Below are positions 10,885-23,300 of a stretch of 64,000 nucleotides of DNA, piece by piece; positions within the stretch are counted from its first letter, which is position 1; each line of letters opens with the position of its first letter. The notes beneath the pieces were generated by a model, which worked only from the letters and a program-made list of their open reading frames with translations, had not been told where the DNA came from and searched no databases. Made by a program: the position numbers and the translations under genes. Source of the stretch: Eledone cirrhosa (Eukaryota); the NCBI GenBank assembly GCA_964016885.1, contig OZ024744.1:23002001-23066000 (forward strand), read 5' to 3'.

Positions 10885-13800
10885 TAAAATGAGTCAGTTC
10901 TTAAGATTCAACTGTTGTTAAAACGAGTTTTATCTTAAGATTCAACTGTTGTTAAAACGAGTCAGTTCTTAAGATTCAACTGTTGTTAAAACGAGTTTTA
11001 TCTTAAGATTCAACTGTTGTTAAAATGAGTCAGTTCTTAAGATTCAACCGTTGTTAAAACGAGTTTTATCTTAAGATTCAACTGTTGTTAAAACGAATCA
11101 GTTGTTAAGATTCAACTGTTGTTAAAACGAGTCAGTGCTTAAGGTTGAACTGTTGATAAAACGAGTCAGTTCTTAAGATTCAACTGTTGTTAAAACGAGT
11201 TTTATCTTAAGATTCAGCTGTTGTTAAAACGAGTCAGTTCTTAAGATTCAACTGTTGTTAAAACGAATTTTATCTAAAGATTCAACTGTTGTTAAAACGA
11301 GTTTTATCTTAAGATTCAGCTGTTGTTAAAACGAATCAGTTCTTAAGATTCAACTGTTGTTAAAACTAATTTTATTTGAAGATTCAAATGTTGTTAAGAT
11401 GAGTCAGTTCTTAAGGTTGAACTGTTGATAAAACGAGTCAGTTCTTAAGATTCAACTGTTGTTAAAACGAGTTTTATCTTAAAATTCAGCCGTTGTTAAA
11501 ATGAGTCAGTTCTTAAGATTCAACTGTTGTTAAAACGAGTTTTATCTTAAGATTCAACTGTTGTTAAAACGAATCAGTTCTTAAGATTCAACTGTTGTTA
11601 AAATGAGTCAGTTCTTAAGATTCAACTGTTGTTAAAACGAATTTTATCTTAAGATTCAACTGTTGTTAAAACGAGTTTTATCTTAAGATTCAGCTGTTGT
11701 TAAAACGAATCAGCTCTTAAGATTCAACTGTTGTTAAAACGAATTTTATTTGAAGATTCAACTGTTGTTAAGATGAGTCAGTTCTTAAGGTTGAACTGTT
11801 CATAAAACGAGTCAGTTCTTAAGATTCAACTGTGGTTAAAACGAGTTTTATCTTAAGATTTAGCTGTTGTTAAAACGAGTTAGTTCTTAAGATTCAACTG
11901 TTGTTAAAACGAGTTTATCTTAAAATTCAGCCGTTGTTAAAACGAGTCAGTTCTTAAGATTCAACTGTTGTTAAAACGAGTTTTATCTTAAGATTCAACT
12001 GTTGTTAAAACGAGTTTTATCTTAAGATTCAGCTGTTGTTAAAACGAGTCAGTTCTTAAGATTCAACTGTTGTTAAACGAATTTTATCTTAAGATTCAAC
12101 TGTTGTTAAAACGAGTTTTATCTTAAGATTCAGCTGTTGTTAAAACGAATCAGTTCTTAAGATTCAACTGTTGTTAAAACGAGTTTTATCTTAAGATTCA
12201 ACTGTTGTTAAAACGAATCAGTTCTTAAGATTCAACTGTTGTTAAAACGAGTGTTATCTTAAGATTCATCTGTTGTTAAAACGAGTCAGTTCTGAAGAAT
12301 CAACTGTTGTTAAAACGAGTTTTATTTGAAGATTCAACTGTTGTTAAAACGTGTCAGTGCTTAAGGTTGAACTGTTGATAAAACGAGTCAGTTCTTAAGA
12401 TTCAACTGTTGTTAAAACGAGTTTTATCTTAAGATACAGATGTTGTTAAAACGAGTCAGTTCTTAAGATTCAACTGTTGTTAAAACGAATTTTATCTTAA
12501 GATTCAACTGTTGTTAAAACGAGTTTTATCTTAAGATTCAGCTGTTGTTAAAACGAATCAGTTCTTAAGATTCAACTGTTGTTAAAACGAGTTTTATTTG
12601 AAGATTCAACTGTTGTTAAGACGAGTCAGTTCTTAAGGTTGAACTCTTGATAAAACGAGTCAGTTCTTAAGATTCAACTGTTGTAAAACGAGTTTTATCT
12701 TAAGATTCAGCTGTTGTTAAAACGAGTCAGTTCTTAAGATTCAACTGTTGTTAAAACGAGTTTTATCTTAAGATTCAACTGTTGTTAAAACGAATCAGTT
12801 CTTAAGATTCAACTGTTGTTAAAATGAGTCAGTTCTTAAGATTCAACTGTTGTAAAAACTAGTTTCATCTTAAGATTCAACTGTTGTTAAAACTAGTCAG
12901 TTCTTAAGATTCAACTGTAGTTAAAACGAGTTTTATCTGAAGATTCAACTGTTGTTAAAACGAATCAGTTCTTAAGATTCAACTGTTGTTAAAATGAGTC
13001 AGCTCTTAAGATTCAACTGTTGTTAAAACGAGTTTTATCTTAAGATTCAACTGTTGTTAAAACGAGTCAGTTCTTAAGATTCAACTGTTGTTAAAACGAG
13101 TTTTATTTGAGGATTCAACTGTTGTTAAAACGAGTCATTTCTTAAGGTTGAACTGTTGATAAAACGAGTCAGTTCTTAAGATTCAACTGTTGTTAAAACG
13201 AGTTTTATCTAAAGATTCAGCTGTTGGTAAAATGAGTCAGTTCTTAAGATTCAACTGTTGTTAAAACGAGTTTTATCTTCAGATTCAACTGTTGTTAAAA
13301 CGAGTCAGTTCTGAAGAATCAACTGTTGTTAAAACGAGTTTTATTTGAAGATTCAACTGTTGTTAAAACGAGTTTTATCTTAAGATTCAGCTGTTGTTAA
13401 AACGAGTCAGTTCTTAAGATACAACTGTTGTTAAAACGAATTTTATCTTAAGATTCAACTGTTGTTAAAACGAGTTTTATCTTAAGATTCAGCTGTTGTT
13501 AAAACGAATCAGTTCTTAAGATTCAACTGTTGTTAAAACGAGTTTTATTTGAAGATTCAACTGTTGTAAAACGAGTTTTATCTTAAGATTCAACTGTTGT
13601 TAAAACGAGTTTTATCTTAAGATTCAACTGTTGTTAAAACGAGTTTTATTTGAAGATTCAACTGTTGTAAAACGAGTTTTATCTTAAGATTCAGCTGTTG
13701 TTAAAACGAGTCAGTTCTTAAGATTCAACTGTTGTTAAAACGAGTTTTATCTTAAGATTCAACTGTTGTTAAAACGAATCAGTTCTTAAGATTCAACTGT

Positions 13801-16734
13801 AGTTAAAATGAGTCAGTTCTTAAGATTCAACTGTTGTTAAAACGAGTTTTATCTTAAGATTCAACTGTTGTTAAAACGAGTCAGTTCTTAAGATTCAACT
13901 GTTGTTAAAACGAGTTTTATCTTAAGATTCAACTGTTGTTAAAATGAGTCAGTTCTTAAGATTCAACCGTTGTTAAAACGAGTTTTATCTTAAGATTCAA
14001 CTGTTGTTAAAACGAATCAGTTGTTAAGATTCAACTGTTGTTAAAACGAGTCAGTGCTTAAGGTTGAACTGTTGATAAAACGAGTCAGTTCTTAAGATTC
14101 AACTGTTGTTAAAACGAGTTTTATCTTAAGATTCAGCTGTTGTTAAAACGAGTCAGTTCTTAAGATTCAACTGTTGTTAAAACGAATTTTATCTAAAGAT
14201 TCAACTGTTGTTAAAACGAGTTTTATCTTAAGATTCAGCTGTTGTTAAAACGAATCAGTTCTTAAGATTCAACTGTTGTTAAAACTAATTTTATTTGAAG
14301 ATTCAAATGTTGTTAAGATGAGTCAGTTCTTAAGGTTGAACTGTTGATAAAACTAGTCAGTTCTTTAGATTCAACTGTTGTTAAAACGAGTTTTATCTTA
14401 AAATTCAGCCGTTGTTAAAATGAGTCAGTTCTTAAGATTCAACTGTTGTTAAAACGAGTTTTATCTTAAGATTCAACTGTTGTTAAAACGAATCAGTTCT
14501 TAAGATTCAACTGTTGTTAAAATGAGTCAGTTCTTAAGATTCAACTGTTGTTAAAACGAATTTTATCTTAAGATTCAACTGTTGTTAAAACGAGTTTTAT
14601 CTTAAGATTCAGCTGTTGTTAAAACGAATCAGCTCTTAAGATTCAACTGTTGTTAAAACGAATTTTATTTGAAGATTCAACTGTTGTTAAGATGAGTCAG
14701 TTCTTAAGGTTGAACTGTTCATAAAACGAGTCAGTTCTTAAGATTCAACTGTGGTTAAAACGAGTTTTATCTTAAGATTTAGCTGTTGTTAAAACGAGTT
14801 AGTTCTTAAGATTCAACTGTTGTTAAAACGAGTTTATCTTAAAATTCAGCCGTTGTTAAAACGAGTCAGTTCTTAAGATTCAACTGTTGTTAAAACGAGT
14901 TTTATCTTAAGATTCAACTGTTGTTAAAACGAGTTTTATCTTAAGATTCAGCTGTTGTTAAAACGAGTCAGTTCTTAAGATTCAACTGTTGTTAAACGAA
15001 TTTTATCTTAAGATTCAACTGTTGTTAAAACGAGTTTTATCTTAAGATTCAGCTGTTGTTAAAACGAATCAGTTCTTAAGATTCAACTGTTGTTAAAACG
15101 AGTTTTATCTTAAGATTCAACTGTTGTTAAAACGAATCAGTTCTTAAGATTCAACTGTTGTTAAAACGAGTGTTATCTTAAGATTCATCTGTTGTTAAAA
15201 CGAGTCAGTTCTGAAGAATCAACTGTTGTTAAAACGAGTTTTATTTGAAGATTCAACTGTTGTTAAAACGAGTCAGTGCTTAAGGTTGAACTGTTGATAA
15301 AACGAGTCAGTTCTTAAGATTCAACTGTTGTTAAAACGAGTTTTATCTTAAGATACAGATGTTGTTAAAACGAGTCAGTTCTTAAGATTCAACTGTTGTT
15401 AAAACGAATTTTATCTTAAGATTCAACTGTTGTTAAAACGAGTTTTATCTTAAGATTCAGCTGTTGTTAAAACGAATCAGTTCTTAAGATTCAACTGTTG
15501 TTAAAACGAGTTTTATTTGAAGATTCAACTGTTGTTAAGACGAGTCAGTTCTTAAGGTTGAACTCTTGATAAAACGAGTCAGTTCTTAAGATTCAACTGT
15601 TGTAAAACGAGTTTTATCTTAAGATTCAGCTGTTGTTAAAACGAGTCAGTTCTTAAGATTCAACTGTTGTTAAAACGAGTTTTATCTTAAGATTCAACTG
15701 TTGTTAAAACGAATCAGTTCTTAAGATTCAACTGTTGTTAAAATGAGTCAGTTCTTAAGATTCAACTGTTGTAAAAACTAGTTTCATCTTAAGATTCAAC
15801 TGTTGTTAAAACTAGTCAGTTCTTAAGATTCAACTGTAGTTAAAACGAGTTTTATCTGAAGATTCAACTGTTGTTAAAACGAATCAGTTCTTAAGATTCA
15901 ACTGTTGTTAAAATGAGTCAGCTCTTAAGATTCAACTGTTGTTAAAACGAGTTTTATCTTAAGATTCAACTGTTGTTAAAACGAGTCAGTTCTTAAGATT
16001 CAACTGTTGTTAAAACGAGTTTTATTTGAGGATTCAACTGTTGTTAAAACGAGTCATTTCTTAAGGTTGAACTGTTGATAAAACGAGTCAGTTCTTAAGA
16101 TTCAACTGTTGTTAAAACGAGTTTTATCTAAAGATTCAGCTGTTGGTAAAATGAGTCAGTTCTTAAGATTCAACTGTTGTTAAAACGAGTTTTATCTTAA
16201 GATTCAACTGTTGTTAAAACGAGTCAGTTCTGAAGAATCAACTGTTGTTAAAACGAGTTTTATTTGAAGATTCAACTGTTGTTAAAACGAGTTTTATCTT
16301 AAGATTCAGCTGTTGTTAAAACGAGTCAGTTCTTAAGATACAACTGTTGTTAAAACGAATTTTATCTTAAGATTCAACTGTTGTTAAAACGAGTTTTATC
16401 TTAAGATTCAGCTGTTGTTAAAACGAATCAGTTCTTAAGATTCAACTGTTGTTAAAACGAGTTTTATTTGAAGATTCAACTGTTGTAAAACGAGTTTTAT
16501 CTTAAGATTCAACTGTTGTTAAAACGAGTTTTATCTTAAGATTCAACTGTTGTTAAAACGAGTTTTATTTGAAGATTCAACTGTTGTAAAACGAGTTTTA
16601 TCTTAAGATTCAGCTGTTGTTAAAACGAGTCAGTTCTTAAGATTCAACTGTTGTTAAAACGAGTTTTATCTTAAGATTCAACTGTTGTTAAAACGAATCA
16701 GTTCTTAAGATTCAACTGTAGTTAAAATGAGTCA
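10885..16734. repeat. Higher-order repeat domain 2: tandem duplication of a 2919-bp (86-monomer) block
   Basis: Private variants paired at offset 2919: GATTCAAATG 11381/14300, TGTGGTT 11831/14750, AGATACAGAT 12432/15351, CTGTTGGTAA 13221/16140. Confidence 0.92.
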
Positions 16735-17349
16735 ATTCTTAAGATTCAACTGTTGTAAAACGAGTTTTATCTTAAGATTCAGCTGTTGTTAAAACGAGTC
16801 AGTTCTTAAGATTCAACTGTTGTTAAAACGAGTTTTATCTTAAGATTCAACTGTTGTTAAAACGAATCAGTTCTTAAGATTCAACTGTTGTTAAAATGAG
16901 TCAGTTCTTAAGATTCAACTGTTGTAAAACGAGTTTTATCTTAAGATTCAGCTGTTGTTAAAACGAGTCAGTTCTTAAGATTCAACTGTAGTTAAAACGA
17001 GTTTTATCTGAAGATTCAACTGTTGTTAAAATGAGTCAGTTCTTAAGATTCAACCGTTGTTAAAACGAGTTTTATCTTAAGATTCAACTGTTGTTAAAAC
17101 GAGTCAGTTCTTAAGATTCAACTGTTGTTAAAGCGAGTTTTATTTGAAGATTCAACTGTTGTTAAAACGAGTCAGTGCTTAAGTTTGAACTGTTGATAAA
17201 ACGAGTCAGTTCTTAAGATTCAACTGTTGTTAAAACGAGTTTTATCTTAAGATTCAGCTGTTGTTAAAACGAGTCAGTTCTTAAGATTCAACTGTTGTTA
17301 AAACGAATTTTATCTTAAGATTCAACTGTTGTTAAAACGAGTTTTATCT

Positions 17350-20300
17350 TAAGATTCAGCTGTTGTTAAAACGAATCAGTTCTTAAGATTCAACTGTTGT
17401 TAAAACTAATTTTATTTGAAGATTCAACTGTTGTTAAGATGAGTCAGTTCTTAAGGTTGAACTGTTGATAAAACGAGTCAGTTCTTAAGATTCAACTGTT
17501 GTTAAAACGAGTTTTATCTTAAGATTTAGCTGTTGTTAAAACGAGTCAGTTCTTAAGATTCAACTGTTGTTAAAACGAGTTTATCTTAAAATTCAGCCGT
17601 TGTTAAAACGAGTCAGTTCTTAAGATTCAACTGTTGTTAAAACGAGTTTTATCTTAAGATTCAACTGTTGTTAAAATGAGTCAGTTCTTAAGATTCAACT
17701 GTTGTTAAAACGAGTTTTATTTGAGGATTCAACTGTTGTTAAAACGAGTCAGTTCTTAAGGTTGAACTGTTGATAAAACGAGTCAGTTCTTAAGATTCAA
17801 CTGTTGTTAAAACGAGTTTTATCTTAAGATTCAACTGTTGTTAAAATGAGTCAGTTCTTAAGATTCAACTGTTGTTAAAACGAGTTTTATCTTAAGATTC
17901 AACTGTTGTTAAAACGAGTCATTTCTTAAGATTCAACTGTTGTTAAAACGAGTTTTATTTGAAGATTCAACTGTTGTTAAAACGAGTCAGTGCTTAAGGT
18001 TGAACTGTTGATAAAACGAGTCAGTTCTTAAGATTCAACTGTTGTTAAAAAGAGTTTTATCTTAAGATTCAGCTGTTGTTAAAACGAGTCAGTTCTTAAG
18101 ATTCAACTGTTGTTAAAACGAATTTTATCTTAAGATTCAACTGTTGTTAAAACGAGTTTTATCTTAAGATTCAGCTGTTGTTAAAACGAATCAGCTCTTA
18201 AGATTCAACTGTTGTTAAAACGAATTTTATTTGAAGATTCAACTGTTGTTAAGATGAGTCAGTTCTTAAGGTTGAGCTGTTCATAAAACGAGTCAATTCT
18301 TAAGATTCAACTGTTGTTAAAACGAGTTTTATCTTAAGATTTAGCTGTTGTTAAAACGAGTTAGTTCTTAAGATTCAACTGTTGTTAAAACGAGTTTATC
18401 TTAAAATTCAGCCGTTGTTAAAACGAGTCAGTTCTTAAGATTCAACTGTTGTTAAAACGAGTTTTATCTTAAGATTCAACTGTTGTTAAAACGAGTTTTA
18501 TCTTAAGATTCAGCTGTTGTTAAAACGAGTCAGTTCTTAAGATTCAACTGTTGTTAAAACGAGTGTTATCTTAAGATTCATCTGTTGTTAAAACGAGTCA
18601 GTTCTGAAGAATCAACTGTTGTTAAAACGAGTTTTATTTGAAGATTCAACTGTTGTTAAAACGAGTCAGTGCTTAAGGTTGAACTGTTGATAAAACGAGT
18701 CAGTTCTTAAGATTCAACTGTTGTTAAAACGAGTTTTATCTTAAGATTCAGATGTTGTTAAAACGAGTCAGTTCTTAAGATTCAACTGTTGTTAAAACGA
18801 ATTTTATCTTAAGATTCAACTGTTGTTAAAACGAGTTTTATCTTAAGATTCAGCTGTTGTTAAAACGAGTTTTATCTTAAGATTCAGCTGTTGTTAAAAC
18901 GAATCAGCTCTTAAGATTCAACTGTTGTTAAAACGAATTTTATTTGAAGATTCAACTGTTGTTAAGATGAGTCAGTTCTTAAGGTTGAACTGTTCATAAA
19001 ACGAGTCAATTCTTAAGATTCAACTGTTGTTAAAACGAGTTTTATCTTAAGATTTAGCTGTTGTTAAAACGAGTTAGTTCTTAAGATTCAACTGTTGTTA
19101 AAACGAGTTTATCTTAAAATTCAGCCGTTGTTAAAACGAGTCAGTTCTTAAGATTCAACTGTTGTTAAAACGAGTTTTATCTTAAGATTCAACTATTGTT
19201 AAAACGAGTTTTAGCTTAAGATTCAGCTGTTGTTAAAACGAGTCAGTTCTTAAGATTCAACTGTTGTTAAAACGAGTGTTATCTTAAGATTCATCTGTTG
19301 TTAAAACGAGTCAGTTCTGAAGAATCAACTGTTGTTAAAACGAGTTTTATTTGAAGATTCAACTGTTGTTAAAACGAGTCAGTGCTTAAGGTTGAACTGT
19401 TGATAAAACGAGTCAGTTCTTAAGATTCAACTGTTGTTAAAACGAGTTTTATCTTAAGATTCAGATGTTGTTAAAACGAGTCAGTTCTTAAGATTCAACT
19501 GTTGTTAAAACGAGTTTTATCTTAAGATTCAACTGTTGTTAAAACGAATCAGTTCTTAAGATTCAACTGTTGTTAAAATGAGTCAGCTCTTAAGATTCAA
19601 CTGTTGTTAAAACGAGTTTTATCTTAAGATTCAACTGTTGTTAAAACGAGTCAGTTCTGAAGAATCAACTGTTGTTAAAACGAGTTTTATCTGAAGATTC
19701 AACTGTTGTTAAAACGAATCAGTTCTTAAGATTCAACTGTTGTTAAAATGAGTCAGCTCTTAAGATTCAACTGTTGTTAAAACGAGTTTTATCTTAAGAT
19801 TCAACTGTTGTTAAAACGAGTCAGTTCTTAAGATTCAACTGTTGTTAAAACGAGTTTTATTTGAGGATTCAACTGTTGTTAAAACGAGTCAGTTCTTAAG
19901 GTTGAACTGTTGATAAAACGAGTCAGTTCTTAAGATTCAACTGTTGTTAAAACGAGTTTTATCTAAAGATTCAGCTGTTGTTAAAATGAGTCAGTTCTTA
20001 AGATTCAACTGTTGTAAAACGAGTTTTATCTTAAGATTCAGCTGTTGTTAAAACGAGTCAGTTCTTAAGATTCAACTGTTGTTAAAACGAGTTTTATCTT
20101 AAGATTCAACTGTTGTTAAAACGAATCAGTTCTTAAGATTCAACTGTTGTTAAAATGAGTCAGTTCTTAAGATTCAACTGTTGTTAAAACGAGTTTTATC
20201 TTAAGATTCAACTGTTGTTAAAACGAGTCAGTTCTTAAGATTCAACTGTAGTTAAAACGAGTTTTATCTGAAGATTCAACTGTTGTTAAAACGAATCAGT

Positions 20301-23300
20301 TGTTAAGATTCAACTGTTGTTAAAATGAGTCAGTTCTTAAGATTCAACTGTTGTTAAAACGAGTTTTATCTTAAGATTCAACTGTTGTTAAAACGAGTCA
20401 GTTCTTAAGATTCAACTGTTGTTAAAACGAGTTTTATCTTAAGATTCAACTGTTGTTAAAATGAGTCAGTTCTTAAGATTCAACCGTTGTTAAAACGAGT
20501 TTTATCTTAAGATTCAACTGTTGTTAAAACGAGTCAGTTCTTAAGATTCAACTGTTGTTAAAGCGAGTTTTATTTGAAGATTCAACTGTTGTTAAAACGA
20601 GTCAGTGCTTAAGGTTGAACTGTTGATAAAACGAGTCAGTTCTTAAGATTCAACTGTTGTTAAAACGAGTTTTGTCTTAAGATTCAGCTGTTGTTAAAAC
20701 GAGTCAGTTCTTAAGATTCAACTGTTGTTAAAACGAATTTTATCTAAAGATTCAACTGTTGTTAAAACGAGTCAGTTCTTAAGATTCAACTGTTGTTAAA
20801 ACTAATTTTATTTGAAGATTCAACTGTTGTTAAGATGAGTCAGTTCTTAAGGTTGAACTGTTGATAAAACGAGTCAGTTCTTAAGATTCAACTGTTGTTA
20901 AAACGAGTTTTATCTTAAAATTCAGCCGTTGTTAAAACGAGTCAGTTCTTAAGATTCAACTGTTGTTAAAACGAGTTTTATCTTAAGATTCAACTGTTGT
21001 TAAAATGAGTCAGTTCTTAAGATTCAACTGTTGTTAAAACGAGTTTTATTTGAGGATTCAACTGTTGTTAAAACGAGTCAGTTCTTAAGGTTGAACTGTT
21101 GATAAAACGAGTCAGTTCTTAAGATTCAACTGTTGTTAAAACGAGTTTTATCTTAAGATTCAACTGTTGTTAAAATGAGTCAGTTCTTAAGATTCAACTG
21201 TTGTTAAAACGAGTTTTATCTTAAGATTCAACTGTTGTTAAAACGAGTCAGTTCTTAAGATTCAACTGTTGTTAAAACGAGTTTTATTTGAAGATTCAAC
21301 TGTTGTTAAAACGAGTCAGTGCTTAAGGTTGAACTGTTGATAAAACGAGTCAGTTCTTAAGATTCAACTGTTGTTAAAAAGAGTTTTATCTTAAGATTCA
21401 GCTGTTGTTAAAACGAGTCAGTTCTTAAGATTCAACTGTTGTTAAAACGAATTTTATCTTAAGATTCAACTGTTGTTAAAACGAGTTTTATCTTAAGATT
21501 CAGCTGTTGTTAAAACGAATCAGCTCTTAAGATTCAACTGTTGTTAAAACGAATTTTATTTGAAGATTCAACTGTTGTTAAGATGAGTCAGTTCTTAAGG
21601 TTGAACTGTTCATAAAACGAGTCAGTTCTTAAGATTCAACTGTTGTTAAAACGAGTTTTATCTTAAGATTTAGCTGTTGTTAAAACGAGTTAGTTCTTAA
21701 GATTCAACTGTTGTTAAAACGAGTTTATCTTAAAATTCAGCCGTTGTTAAAACGAGTCAGTTCTTAAGATTCAACTGTTGTTAAAACGAGTTTTATCTTA
21801 AGATTCAACTGTTGTTAAAACGAGTTTTATCTTAAGATTCAGCTGTTGTTAAAACGAGTCAGTTCTTAAGATTCAACTGTTGTTAAAACGAGTTTTATCT
21901 TAAGATTCAACTGTTGTTAAAACGAATCAGTTCTTAAGATTCAACTGTTGTTAAAACGAGTTTTATCTTAAGATTCAACTGTTGTTAAAACGAATCAGTT
22001 CTTAAGATTCAACTGTTGTTAAAACGAGTGTTATCTTAAGATTCATCTGTTGTTAAAACGAATCAGTTCTGAAGAATCAACTTTTGTTGAAACGAGTTTT
22101 ATTTGAAGATTCAACTGTTGTTAAAACGAGTCAGTGCTTAAGGTTGAACTGTTGATAAAACGAGTCAGTTCTTAAGATTCAACTGTTGTTAAAACGAGTT
22201 TTATCTTAAGATTCAGATGTTGTTAAAACGAGTCAGTTCTTAAGATTCAACTGTTGTTAAAACGAATTTTATCTTAAGATTCAACTGTTGTTAAAACGAG
22301 TTTTATCTTAAGATTCAGCTGTTGTTAAAACGAATCAGTTCTTAAGATTCAACTGTTGTTAAAACGAGTTTTATTTGAAGATTCAACTGTTGTTAAGACG
22401 AGTCAGTTCTTAAGGTTGAACTCTTGATAAAACGAGTCAGTTCTTAAGATTCAACTGTTGTAAAACGAGTTTTATCTTAAGATTCAGCTGTTGTTAAAAC
22501 GAGTCAGTTCTTAAGATTCAACTGTTGTTAAAACGAGTTTTATCTTAAGATTCAACTGTTGTTAAAACGAATCAGTTCTTAAGATTCAACTGTTGTTAAA
22601 ATGAGTCAGTTCTTAAGATTCAACTGTTGTAAAAACTAGTTTCATCTTAAGATTCAACTGTTGTTAAAATGAGTCAGCTCTTAAGATTCAACTGTTGTTA
22701 AAACGAGTTTTATCTTAAGATTCAACTGTTGTTAAAACGAGTCAGTTCTTAAGATTCAACTGTTGTTAAAACGAGTTTTATTTGAGGATTCAACTGTTGT
22801 TAAAACGAGTCATTTCTTAAGGTTGAACTGTTGATAAAACGAGTCAGTTCTTAAGATTCAACTGTTGTTAAAACGAGTTTTATCTAAAGATTCAGCTGTT
22901 GTTAAAATGAGTCAGTTCTTAAGATTCAACTGTTGTTAAAACGAGTTTTATCTTAAGATTCAACTGTTGTTAAAACGAGTCAGTTCTGAAGAATCAACTG
23001 TTGTTAAAACGAGTTTTATTTGAAGATTCAACTGTTGTTAAAACGAGTTTTATCTTAAGATTCAGCTGTTGTTAAAACGAGTCAGTTCTTAAGATACAAC
23101 TGTTGTTAAGACGAATTTTATCTTAAGATTCAACTGTTGTTAAAACGAGTTTTATCTTAAGATTCAGCTGTTGTTAAAACGAATCAGTTCTTAAGATTCA
23201 ACTGTTGTTAAAACGAGTTTTATTTGAAGATTCAACTGTTGTAAAACGAGTTTTATCTTAAGATTCAGCTGTTGTTAAAACGAGTCAGTTCTTAAGATTC

